Source: Schmidtea polychroa (taxonomy: Eukaryota). From it: a stretch of 64,000 nt of DNA. The stretch is taken from NCBI GenBank assembly GCA_044892525.1, contig CM097885.1, forward strand, positions 53,384,001-53,448,000, read 5' to 3'. Numbering within the stretch: position 1 is the first letter of the stretch; every line of letters begins with the position of its first letter. The position numbers and the translations under genes were made by a program. The notes beneath the pieces are model-generated. The model was given only the letters and a program-made list of their open reading frames with translations. It was not told the DNA's origin and made no database searches. Of the stretch, positions 1 to 11,559 are shown in pieces.

Positions 1-3000
1 ATTTGCATCTATTACTGTGAAATATTTAGTATCTCTAAGTTTATCATATTGTTCTTGTGCTTTTGGGAATGGGTATGAGTCTTTTACTGTTACATCATTT
101 AATTTACGATAATCAATGCACATTCGAATTTCCCCGTCTTTCTTTCTAACTGGTACGATAGGTGATGCCCATTGTGAAAAACTTTGTTTTATTACGCCTG
201 CCTCTTTTAATTCTTTAATTTGTCGTTTTATTTCCTCCCTCAGTTTATATGGTACACTATAGGGTCTCTGTTTTATTGGTCTAGCATTCCCTGTATCGAT
301 TACATGTTTGATAATGTCAGTATCTCCTAAATCAAATTCGTGTTTTGCAAAAACATCACTGTATTCGTCAAGTAATATTTGTAGTTGTAGTTGTTGTGTT
401 TCGTTTAGATAATTATTATTTATTTTAATTTTATCATAAAATTTGATATTATTCGCTCTACTCTGTTCGACCATTCTTTCACTGACATCCTTCGTCATCG
501 ACATCTCACATACTTCAAATGTTTGCTCTAATTCACCTTTGAACAACTTTCCCAATTTTGTACCTTTATGAATTTTTACTTTATTTCTTTCGTAATTCGC
601 GATTCTTATTGGAATTATCCCATTATTTGGAATTACACACTCGTCTGTTAACATTACGTTATGATTTCGTGATATTGCCGTTTCAGGCTCGAAAATGAAA
701 GTGTCCTCACTTTTAACATTAACTTTTACTGGAATTATATGATCACTTTGATACTCTAGTTCAAATGTCTCTAATGCAATTACCTCAGTAAATCTTGCGT
801 CTTGATATATTGCCTTCCGTTTGACTGTACTATCCGTTAAATCGATTACACAGTTTTTTAACTTTTTGATTATGTCCATCCCAAGGACACATACGCATTT
901 ACATTCTGCTACTACCTTGAAGACATGTTCAACCACTTGATCCGAAAAGTGGACTGTTAATTCGATATCTCCTTTTAATGGTATGTAATGTGATGATAAT
1001 GAAATTACTCTATCTCTTGTGCTCACGATATTTTTCTTTTGGTTTCCGGTTAACTGATCTTCACGAATCATAGAAGCTGCTGCTCCTGTGTCACATAATG
1101 CCTTTATTATCGTATCATTTATCACTATTTGTAATTTAGGCCTTGCTTCATTTAACCCTTCTAATATATCGTCAAGTTCTAACCCGTAACATCCATAAGT
1201 TTTCCTTGGAACACCATGACAATTACCATTTTCACCTGGGATTCTTATTTCAATATTATTTCTCAATTCTGTCAATTGTTCTCTTTGATTATCATATAAC
1301 CCAATATGTGGTTGCTCAATATTTTCTGATCTGTTTGTATCGTCCTCTTTTTCATTGGTGATCATTATTTCACCCTCTTCCCTTCGACTTTTCATCCGCT
1401 TGATTTCCTTATCGTGCCTCGCAGTGATCAAATATTTGGCTATGAATGGACATAAACATGCTATCATTTTATATGAATTACCAAAGACTTGTCTCAGTTG
1501 TCTTAACGAAACTAATGATGAGCAAATCATTTTCAATAGTGCTACTGTATAATATATGCCCAGTATAGTGGAAAACGTGTTACCGAGAATCGCAAAATAT
1601 CCCCATATGCTGTATAATACTCTATACACAACTTTCCTAAAGTGCTCTTTTGATAATAATACATCAAAGTTGTAATTCCCTCCATAACTATTTTCGATGA
1701 TTTTGTTTACCATGATAGAAAGAACTTTTTCTTTTTCATGAGGAAATAACATATGTTTTCTGGCGCTCTCTATCGCCTCTCTCGTATACATCCCATTGTT
1801 TTCCATTTCGTTGACTTCCTGAAATTCTAACTTTTTCTCAAGTTCAGTTAGTTCTAGTTTTTGTGGTTTAGTCGCTTCTTTTCTATCTGACATTGTAATC
1901 CACATATCATCATTTATTTTGTATAATGGATCTAATAGATTAGTACATTTATCAATTTTTCTCGGAACATAGTCTTTATCTGTTAATATCCTTGTTATTG
2001 GTTGGAGGTATACAGTTTCTCCTTTATACACTACTGGCAATTCGTTTGTGCACTTATTATTCGTTGCTAACGATACGCTAACCGGTTTACACTGAATTGA
2101 TTGTATTACTTCGCCGACAACTCTTGCAAATGTCCCTTTTTCTGCAAATAAAATTGGTGCCATTAAATCTGGGTTTGTGACTGCAACCGCCATCTTTGTT
2201 CTTAAAATTTCTCTGTTAAGTTTACAATCGTTCGCAATAGTTGCTTGATATACTTTGTCCAATTGTACTAACTGATGATGATAAAAGTAGTCGATTTTAT
2301 TATTAAAATATGACGCTAGCTTGACATCGAATTTATCTATTCTTGATTTTGCCTCTTTAATTTCACTTCCGCTGATATAAATTCCCTCGTAATTTGTTTG
2401 TATGACTGCCTTACCACATTTAATACTTTCACCTTTTCCCACAAACCTCATCGCCTCTGTTTCAGAATCTGACATGTATATTGTTGGGGTATCTCTCTCT
2501 TGAATTATCGTTGCTCGTCGTTTTTGGTCTTTGATATTCTTGGAATCTACATCCGTGAACTGTTTACCTCGTATCGTTCTGAATTTCAGTGTCTTTAGTT
2601 TAGTTAGATGGCATTCGTATTTATTTACCTTGTATATGATCATTGACTCACCTGTATCGCAGCTTGTCTCATCTAATGTACAGAACTTATGTGTCATCAT
2701 TTTCTTTGATGAACTATCAAATGACGCCTTGAATTTCCTTAATTCAATATAATATTGTCGTCTTACTACAATATTGTCTGCCACGTGCCCCCATATTTTA
2801 TATGTTCCTCCTTCACAATATCCTCCTATTGATGACCATCCAACGACATTTACTAATTGCCTTACTCGTGCTCCTACCTGAGCATTTAACTCAAATCCAT
2901 CCGGCGTTTTTATCTTTTTTGTTTTAAATGCATTTTCACATTCGATTGGTGCTATTATTATCGCTTCTGGTGCCCATGTTGGAGTTAATATTGTTCTCGC

Positions 3001-3528
3001 TATTTTATTACATACAAAACTTTCCTCTGAATATTTAACGATACATTCTCCTGCTTCAGTGTGAATGAAGTCAGACTCTTGATATATGTGAAAAATCTTT
3101 GGATCTGCAACAATTAGTTTTGTTGGATTAGCCTCTGGGCAATTTTCTACATCTAATAATGAATATTTCTGTCCCCACTTAGGATTCTGACAGTCATACG
3201 CTATGATCGCATTATTTCCTTTTATCAGATCTAACAATAACGTTATTACTATAATTACTATTGACATTGTCGACTTTCTTTCTTTTTGACTCGGTCTCAT
3301 AGTTGTTTTATTTACTAGATTTTTTACTGTCTCCTCCGTATCATCTATTTCTACATTAATATTATCTTCTACGCTTTCCTGAGCATTTTCGATTAGACTC
3401 TCATCATACAGTATTTTCCATCCTCCCTTTAATTTTATCCATGGCATAGCATCTATCTTTAATTTATTATATATCATTTTAGCGATATTTTCTATTTGAT
3501 TCTTTGGATTCAATCGCAAAAGTTTCTT
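1..3528 (-). CDS. Polyprotein continuation (not in ORF track): C-half of Bcl-2-like domain, signal/TM helix, chuvirus-like envelope glycoprotein, aspartic protease, N-terminal RT; partial
   Basis: Manual translation is open from 3528 to base 1, in the same frame as the Gag ORF. Motifs: PWIKLKGGWKILY (~3406-3444); MSIVIIVITLLLDLIKGNNA-IIAYDC (3267-3190); GEVIQSIQCKPVSV...CTNELPV...LQPITRIL; GMYTREAIESARKHMLFP; hydrophobic TM ~1505-1620; DTG at 1084-1092; RT motif ~99-173. Confidence 0.9.
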
Positions 3529-5970
3529 TTATCTTGCTATTAAATATGCCATTGCCGTAATCACTTTATCTCGATTAACTCCTGTTGTAAATAATATCTT
3601 TAACACTGTCTCTTCATTTGCTTCCTCTGCACTCAATTCTCTAATCTCTTTTTCCATTAATTTAATTTTTTTAACTATATTTTCTATTAACGCTGATGGT
3701 TTTGCTTCCGGAAATCGTTTCATATTCATTGCTTTAACTAACTCAGTTATCATCTTTATATCTTTGTCATTATCCTGATTTTTTGGGACTTCCTGTCTCA
3801 TATTATTTGCAATATCTCTTAAACGCTCTGCTGCCTTTCTGTCATCTGACTTTTCGGCTATTTCCGATTTTCGAGGCCTTCCTCTACCTCGTTTCATCGT
3901 CTCTGCGTCCTGCATATTTGCTTGTTTCGCAATTTTTTCTATTGTCTCATGTAAATTATCATATTTAGTATCTATAGGTTTAAAGATTTCCTCGCTAGCT
4001 GTTGGTGACCTCATTGCCCCTCCTGAAGAAGCATCCCACAATCTAAATAATTTATCATAGTCATTTTCGTCGTTTATACTCAATTCTACTGATGGAGTTG
4101 GTGTATCAATTTCTTTACTTTCTTGCCTTTCTATTACTGCAGAAATAATATTGTTATCAATGACGTTTACTCCATAGTCAATTATATATTCATTATTCAT
4201 CATTTCTACGCCGTTAAAATACAGTTTCACTTTATCATTATCTCCCAATTTCTCGGGCCAATTTGCTCTGGCCATCTGTTTCACTTTATTCACTTTTGTG
4301 CAAACATGTACCCCTGTACTACGCATAAGTATTCTCGAAAGGTCCTTTGCCTCAATAGTTATATTCAATGACTCATGTAATTTCTGATTTTTTCTCACAA
4401 ATTCACCATAACACTTTATCATTTCTTTCAATTCTATTTCTAGTTCAAATACTCTTGTCATATTTTGCCTCTTTACCATTAGTGGTATCAAATTTCTCAA
4501 ATATTCTAAGTCAATTCCTTCGACTTGAACTCTATTTATTATACGCAATGTCTCATTGTCATCATAAGGCCATTTCTCTAATGTCTCTTTCAATTCCTCT
4601 TTTAATTCTTTACATCTATTTGCTTCTGCAAGAAATTTCTCATCCGCTTCTCTTACTTCGCGAAACTCATCATTATCTATATCTACATCATTAGTAAAAC
4701 ACTGAAACTCATTTAATGACATTTCTAACTTTCTCTCAATAAGTCTCCCATATTGAGTTTTAAATTCTTTTAATTCTTCTCTCAAACTGTTTATTTCCTC
4801 ATTAGCTGATATCAACTCAGCACTATTAATTTGTTTTATCTCAGGCTCATTTTTAAATCTCACTCTATTAGGCGATTCGCTTCGCGCATTGTTACATACT
4901 TTAGCTAAGTGACCATATTTTTGGCAATTATAACATTTGATCTGTCCATTAAAATTTACTTTATCTCTACCATCATTATTATAAGGGCTTCCTCGCCTTT
5001 CTCTATATGAATTCTGTCTATATGGACTTGTCTGTCTACGTCTCAAATCATTTGTATTATCTCTATTATCATATCTATTACTTCTATCATATTTATTATT
5101 TCTCAAATTATTTCTATTAAAATCGACTCGATTATCTCTCGTATAATTATTTCTATTGTATTCATAACGATTGTCTCTATCGAAAGTATTTCTATTGTTT
5201 CTATTCTCAAAATTTCTATTTCTCACATTGTCAAACCTTCTCCTGTTTTCAGGCGATTGACTTCTATCTGGACTCGGGCTTACCCTTCGTCTATTTTTTA
5301 CAAAGTTCAAATATAGTTGTTTCATCTCCTCCCAGGGGATGTTGTCATCTGACTTACCCAACTCAGATTTTACCTCTATGGGTTTTTGGATTTCCATTGC
5401 ATCTACATGTGAACTAAATCTATCTCGTTGTATTGCTTCTATACGCTTAGCTTTATGAACTAATTCATTTAAATTACCATATTCTACCATAATTAATGCT
5501 TTATATAAATATTTTTGTATACCATTCCAAAACTGATCCTCAATTAATTTTGCTGTGTGCTCACCTGCACCAAATGCCTTTTTCGCTAACTCCGTAATTG
5601 TATATACATATTCACCAACTGATTCTCTAGTACCTTGATATCTGTTTCTAAATTTTTGAACATTTATCTTTTGTAAATCGCTATCGATTACTATTTCTGC
5701 TCTCAGATATCTTACGAGTTGATCAAAATTATTTCCTTTACATTCTAAGTTATTGTATGCCTGTAACGCATAACCTTTTAAATATAGTGGTATTCTCATT
5801 TTTAACTCATCAGGTGTCCACCCGCAAGCTTCTGTATACTGAGCGATCTCAGTGAAAAAATCGTCGAACTTTTCAGGCTCTCCTCTATATGGTTCTACTG
5901 GTAAAATTTTTATGTAATTATTATTATTATTATTCATCCTATAGACTATTCTATTTCTGAGATTATACAC
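3529..5970 (-). CDS. gag: Gag polyprotein (capsid, RS/N-rich region, CCHC knuckle, coiled coil, ubiquitin-like domain, AT-hook, N-half of Bcl-2-like domain)
   Basis: 813-aa ORF. Retrotransposon gag-like N-terminus (IPLYLKGYALQAY...RYQGTRESVGEY), CYNCQKYGHLAKVC, KVKLYFNGVEMMNNEYIIDYGV (UBL-like), KRGRGRPRK, ILFTTGVNRDKVITAMAYL (BH1-like). The first ATG is at 5937. Confidence 0.88.
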   Translation of the reverse strand: MYNLRNRIVYRMNNNNNNYIKILPVEPYRGEPEKFDDFFTEIAQYTEACGWTPDELKMRIPLYLKGYALQAYNNLECKGNNFDQLVRYLRAEIVIDSDLQKINVQKFRNRYQGTRESVGEYVYTITELAKKAFGAGEHTAKLIEDQFWNGIQKYLYKALIMVEYGNLNELVHKAKRIEAIQRDRFSSHVDAMEIQKPIEVKSELGKSDDNIPWEEMKQLYLNFVKNRRRVSPSPDRSQSPENRRRFDNVRNRNFENRNNRNTFDRDNRYEYNRNNYTRDNRVDFNRNNLRNNKYDRSNRYDNRDNTNDLRRRQTSPYRQNSYRERRGSPYNNDGRDKVNFNGQIKCYNCQKYGHLAKVCNNARSESPNRVRFKNEPEIKQINSAELISANEEINSLREELKEFKTQYGRLIERKLEMSLNEFQCFTNDVDIDNDEFREVREADEKFLAEANRCKELKEELKETLEKWPYDDNETLRIINRVQVEGIDLEYLRNLIPLMVKRQNMTRVFELEIELKEMIKCYGEFVRKNQKLHESLNITIEAKDLSRILMRSTGVHVCTKVNKVKQMARANWPEKLGDNDKVKLYFNGVEMMNNEYIIDYGVNVIDNNIISAVIERQESKEIDTPTPSVELSINDENDYDKLFRLWDASSGGAMRSPTASEEIFKPIDTKYDNLHETIEKIAKQANMQDAETMKRGRGRPRKSEIAEKSDDRKAAERLRDIANNMRQEVPKNQDNDKDIKMITELVKAMNMKRFPEAKPSALIENIVKKIKLMEKEIRELSAEEANEETVLKILFTTGVNRDKVITAMAYLIAR

Positions 5971-6158
5971 TATTTCGGGTTGATTATCTATTTTATCTTT
6001 TTGAATTATTTAAAAATTTTCAAAACTGAATTTATTTATTTAAAAATTGGTCAATGATATTGTTTTTTATAAATATATTTTCCCAATATAAAATACTATA
6101 CCCTCTGATCTCAATTCCTATCCCCCAAATTGTGAATAACAATAATTGATTTTTAAAG

Positions 6159-6176
6159 TCCCGGTTTGCGGCACCA
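6159..6176 (-). promoter_or_regulatory. Primer-binding site (tRNA-Phe-like)
   Basis: Minus-strand TGGTGCCGCAAACCGGGA, 2 nt inside the LTR end. It resembles the complement of a tRNA-Phe 3' end (TGGTGCCGAAACCCGGGA). Confidence 0.7.
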
Positions 6177-6178
6177 AA

Positions 6179-7258
6179 TGTTGAGGTCTCGATATTCGGG
6201 AACACTCAACTTACTGGTTCTTATATAAATAACAAAACAAATAAAGACGTATATAAAGGTTTATTGAAAGTAAAATTTACCAAATATAATCCAATTACAA
6301 TTCTGAACAATCAATACTCGTTTGTTAAATTCTCCAACTGAAATGCGTGCAAAAGAAAGTATGTTTATTGTTATTTGTTGTGTGTGCGTGTTGTGTCTTC
6401 GTAAGCTTTTACTATTTGTGAATCGTTTTGTGCTGATTCAAATGATTGAATTATCCTCAGGATTTACCTTCGAATATAAAATCTTTGCGCTATTTTTGGG
6501 CGACTAAAACTAATTTTTTGTCGCTATTTATACTATTTTTACGGGCAGCTGTTGTTAATTTACATACTTAAAATTTAATTGATTATTATTCTCATACTTA
6601 AAATTTTAATTGATTATTATTTCCTAGTTTTAAAATTAATTATTTTATTTAAAGTGTTATTGTTTTTTGTCAAAATTTCTCAGCTGTTCTAAACCAGCTG
6701 TTCTAAAAAATTCTTTCTTTACAATTCGTTTGAAATATAAAATTAATTGAAGTTTACAATTAAAAATTGAATTTTGAAATTTATTGTTATTAGTTTGAAA
6801 TATCAAATTAAAATTATTAAAATATTTTTCCCTTGTATATAATTAAGATGTTAACTAATAAAATCTATTAAATACATACACCCGATAAAATATTAACATT
6901 CTACATAAATATTCAAACGGAAAATAAGATAAAAATATTCAGACGGAAAATAAGATAAAATATACATATAAATAAGATAAAATATACATGGATTGTCACA
7001 ATTGTTAATAAGATAGAATAGTCAATTATATTTACACAATTGTTGATAAGATAGAATATGCATAGTTTGCTCGACGATTTAGTCAGTTTTCAGATTGCTG
7101 GGTTGTCTTTGGGTTGAATTGATTTGCTTGAAATTGGGTTGTTTGTTGGAATATTTATCTATCTGCGCTCTTCGGCGTACACATTTACTCTATATTTTTT
7201 GGGCCCTGTCCTGTAGTATTTGTCTAGGGTAAATGTAGTGATGGGCCTACCCTCATCA
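6179..7258 (-). repeat. 5' LTR of the env-bearing Gypsy element
   Basis: The inner end TGTTGAGG at 6179 is next to the PBS. The candidate outer end CCTCATCA at 7251-7258 is an imperfect inverted copy. The second LTR is outside the window, so this boundary cannot be confirmed. Confidence 0.55.
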
Positions 7259-7822
7259 TCTAACACTTTTAATATTTGAAATTAGGTAGGTACCGACGAT
7301 ACACGTAAAATATCTATGGTTCGTATAAAATGTCTATGGTCATTTTCAGGCGGCCATCTGGACCAGTAATATCAACCTCTACCGCTGCGTGATCACCTGC
7401 AGCCAATGATGGACAAGCGGGGCGTGTCACCACGAATCATATAAGTCGGGGGTCTTGACCTTCACCGAACCCCTGGGGTTCGATCGAACCACTGTTCTAA
7501 GTCATTTATAATAAAAATTTAAAATCAGCAATTATTTCGTTAAAATCAAACTAAAAAATAATATTATTTTAAAATTATTACTTTTTAATTCTAATTTGGT
7601 AAATATCAAATAATACAGATAAGTATTGTAATTAAATCATTCATGATATTTTTATATCATTTTTTAGATTTTAGTTAGTTTTTTAAACATGTATTGTGAT
7701 AATCGAAATAATTAGTTTATATTATTGTAAATGTTTTTGCAACAAAATTAAAATTGTCAATTTAGATCGAATTTCTTTGTTTAAATTTTAAGGTTTTTAA
7801 ATAGCTCTTAAAAATTAAAAGT

Positions 7823-10800
7823 ATGTCAAATAAAATTAAAGTTGATGAGAAATATGCTAATAAACTTAAAAAACGCATTTGGGAAGCTAAATCAAAAGCT
7901 AGGCCAGGTAAATATTTTAATGAAACCGTTAATTTTTATTTCAAAAGTGAAGATAATAAAGTTTTAAAATTTATTTATTTTTTGTAACAATTAAAAATAT
8001 ATATTTAAAGAAATATCAAAAGTCGAAAGTGATTGGAATGCTATGAATTATGCCAGTTGTGATTTAAAATCAGAGTTGTTTACTGATAATGTTATTCGAA
8101 TCAGCCGAAATAAAGTTTCTCAGCAAGAATTCCGCGCTAAATATGAAAATCATTATATCCCAGTCGTTGTATTAGATGATCAAAAAAATTGGCTGGCTCA
8201 TAAAAAATGGAGCCTTGAAGTAAAGCCATTTTAGTTTTAGCTTTTTGAAACTTATTTTATAGAGGCTGAAAAAGAAGTACCGCAATCAGAAATTTCGATG
8301 TGGCGAAGATGATGATGGTTATGGAGTTAAAATCAAAATGAAATACTTTGTTGATTATATGAATGAAAATAATGATGACAGTCCTTTGTATATATTTGAC
8401 GGTAACTTTGGTGAGGTATTTATTTTTACGCTTTTTCGCATTATTTTACAAAAACTTTGATTATTTGAATGAACAGGAATATATTATTTTCTTTAACTTT
8501 ATCAGGGTTTGGTATTAGAACCACAAAACTAAAATATGTGCTTCATATGTATACTATTAATTAAATAAAAATGTAATTTGGGTTGCCAAAATAAGTTAAA
8601 CTACGAAAAGTCCTTAAATTATATATATTAGTTGAAAAAATTTCTTTGTTCATTTATATACATTTATGATATGGTGAAATGACTCGTTGAATTACCTCAA
8701 TATGACCTACTTTAAAATTTCAATATAATTACTAAAACATTACATTATTTTCCAAACATTTTTATCTAGAGAAATCAATCAATAACATGGTAAACAATTT
8801 CAATAAAAAATTTTGCTTTATATTTATTTAAAATGTTCGAATTAAAATTGTTATATTTGACAAAAAATAATAGTGGTTAAATATTTTATTTTCGTTTCTA
8901 AGCAACCACCTGACCTATTTTATATGACTAATTTCAACATATATAGATATTCTAATTTATAAAATAGTTATTTTTATAATTCTTTTTTATGAAAAATTTT
9001 CTAAATTAATTATTTAATATCAAAATAATATTACCAAATGTTATTTTGTGTTTTCATGCAATAAAATAAAAAAAATCGATTTGTTCGAGACGAAAAATTC
9101 CTTAAAACGTCTCCGATCCATATTTAAAATTCCTATCAAGCTTATCATGGAGTAAAACAAGTTAATGTGGGTTGATGAATTCAAAGTAAATGCTAATTGC
9201 AAAATTAAAGGAGAGTAAACGAATTTCATAGTTTTGTAATGTGTTATGTAATTGATTTCTAAATTAATAATTATCATTTGCAGTCAATTTAATATATTTT
9301 TAAAGTAATTTTTAAATATTTAATTTGAAAATTGTCGGCTGATTTAATGTTAATATTGAAATTCTATGTTAAACACGCACGAGAGAATATTCAGTATAAA
9401 ATTAAATTTAGAATCCAAAACGCTCTAGACTTCTTGAAGACTATCAAATAAGTGATTACTTTAAAGAAGATTTGTTCAAATTATGTGGAGAAACCAGACG
9501 GCCACCATATAGGTAACTTTTGAGTTGTGGCTTTAATAGGGGTTTATGTTAATAAAAGATGGTTCGTAATGGGGTCTGCTCGATCAGGAACTGGAATACA
9601 CATTGATCCTCTGGGAACCAGCGCTTGGAATGCTCTAGTTAAAGGTCATAAAAGATGGTGCCTTTTCCCTCCATCAACACCAAAAGAGTTACTTAAATTG
9701 AACTCAAATGAAGGCTGGAAAAACCGAAGTGAAGCCATAGTCTGGTTTTCTATTGTTTATCCCCGATGTAAAGCTCCCAATTGGCCCAGTGAATATAAAA
9801 TGATAGAAATCCTTCAAAACCCCGGAGAAACTGTTTTCGTTCCAGGTGGATGGTGGCATGTTGTTATAAATCTCGACGATACTGTTGCAGTAACACAAAA
9901 CTTTTGCAGGTTAGAACAATTTTCAGTTTGCGAATGTGATTTTATCCTATATCATATTACATATTTTGGAAATTTATAGTCTTCAAGCTCTCTTTTTAAT
10001 AAATTCAATGGAAAAAAAGTTCTTATTATATTTATCGAAAATGTTTTATTAATAATCAATTTAATAATTTAATAATCATTTTAATAATTTGTCATTCAAA
10101 AATTTTATTATATATTATGTTTCCGAATTGTGGTTTTTGACATTGCGTAATAATTACTATTTCTATTGATTTTCAAAAGGTTTTAATGAAAAATTTTAAT
10201 ATAAATTTTCGTCTAATAAAGCCCAATATTTAAGCAAAATGTTTAATTAATGATAGAATAAAGAATTTTGTATAATATGGATGTCCGAAGCAATACATTA
10301 AATAGTTATTTTGCAATTTGTTATTTAATTGTTTCATTAATTTAATAATCGATTTAATAATTTAATAATCAATTCAATAATTAAAATTTTTATTATGTGA
10401 GATGAGGGAAAACTACAGATATTATTTATTAAGAATATATATTTGTTTTGCAACTGATTTTAGTAAAATTTTCCACCGAATGTATTTAATTGATTTGAAA
10501 CTAACGGAAATTTCACTCCAAATGTTCTTGTTCCTCTTGGGTATCCATGAAGAATTTCAAATCAGTAATTTAAACAATTTTTACCAGCTATATCAGGCAT
10601 TTTGAACTGAAATATTGATCTGATGAAAATTGTGTAATGAGAAAAAAGATCTGTAATTAAATAATATAAAATATGTCACATGTAAGGGGAATGTTCCAAA
10701 TTTTAGGGAGTTACAATTTTTTAATTATCATTTAATTCCTTAATTATTATTATTCACATAAATTATCATATCAATTTATTATATCAATATTGATTCAATT

Positions 10801-11559
10801 ATTTATATTCGTTAAATATAATATATTTATCAATTTATATGCCTGTAATAATATATTTATTGAATTTTATTTTTGTATTTTGATCGTGTGTCCCCCCCCC
10901 CCGGCAGAGAAACATTGTTCTAAATTTTATCTTAATAGTCTTAGAAAATTTATGAAACATATTTATAACCATATTATGAATGGTTTTGAAAATCCTTATA
11001 ACGAAAACTATAATAATTGATTTTCACAAAATTATTACAGTATCAGACCAAATACGAATATTGTACTTTCGATAGCAACACGTCTCGTCACCTTACATAC
11101 AATAAACTTAGAATTTTTTGTTCACGTTTACTACTGTCTAATTTATAAGTAGACAATTTTTTTTTAATTAAACCTCCTGAAAATTGATTACAATAACAAT
11201 TCAGCTCCTCTAATTTCCCTGTAGTTTGGTATAAAACAGTTCGTGGGCGTAGAAAATTGTCGAAAAAATGGTATGAAAAATTAAAAGAATGCCGACCAGA
11301 TTTAGCTAGAATAGCGGACAAAATTGACCCAAATAAACGATTAGATGGCATTCCATCATCTTCCTCTTCGTCTTCATCGTCATCGTCCAGCAGTTCATCA
11401 GAATCCAGCAGTTCCGAAGAGACTGCAGATTCTGGATTAGTGAGGACGAAAAAGTAGATTTTATCTGTAATGTTTAATGATGAAATATTTATTTACATTT
11501 TCAGGCGAACAATGAAAACCTCAGAAGGTGATCGAGCTAGTAAAAGAGAAAAATATTGA
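7823..11559 (+). CDS. JMJD6: Bifunctional arginine demethylase / lysyl hydroxylase JMJD6 (PSR), 7 exons
   Basis: Exons 7823-7907, 8011-8219, 8263-8415, 9412-9512, 9559-9909, 11205-11453, 11505-11559, all GT-AG and frame-consistent. Motifs: [99 protein letters not shown], poly-Ser. AATAAA at ~11599. The last exon is less certain (alternative stop at 11457). Confidence 0.95.

Larger units (their letters stand above)
1..7258 (-). mobile_element. Env-bearing Ty3/Gypsy LTR retroelement, 5' part (runs off window start)
   Basis: On the minus strand: LTR end ...CTCAACA at 6179, then PBS TGGTGCCGC, Gag with CCHC, glycoprotein, protease (ALCDTGA) and RT start (WASPIVPVRKKDGEIRMCIDYRKLN). PR directly followed by RT fits Gypsy order. 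The outer LTR boundary is uncertain. Confidence 0.9.

Noticed and set aside
540..790. dUTPase-like beta-rich spacer between protease and RT
   Set aside because: It lacks recognisable dUTPase catalytic motifs, and similar spacers are common in Gypsy pol.
7330..7495. GC-richer patch ending in a hAT/Charlie-like terminus (CAGTGGTTC...GAACCCC on the minus strand)
   Set aside because: Only one end is visible, with no TSD or coding remnant. Too weak to annotate.
9527..9979. Stand-alone 150-aa JmjC ORF (also 8043-8234 and 11257-11457)
   Set aside because: These are exons of the spliced JMJD6 gene with intronic extensions.
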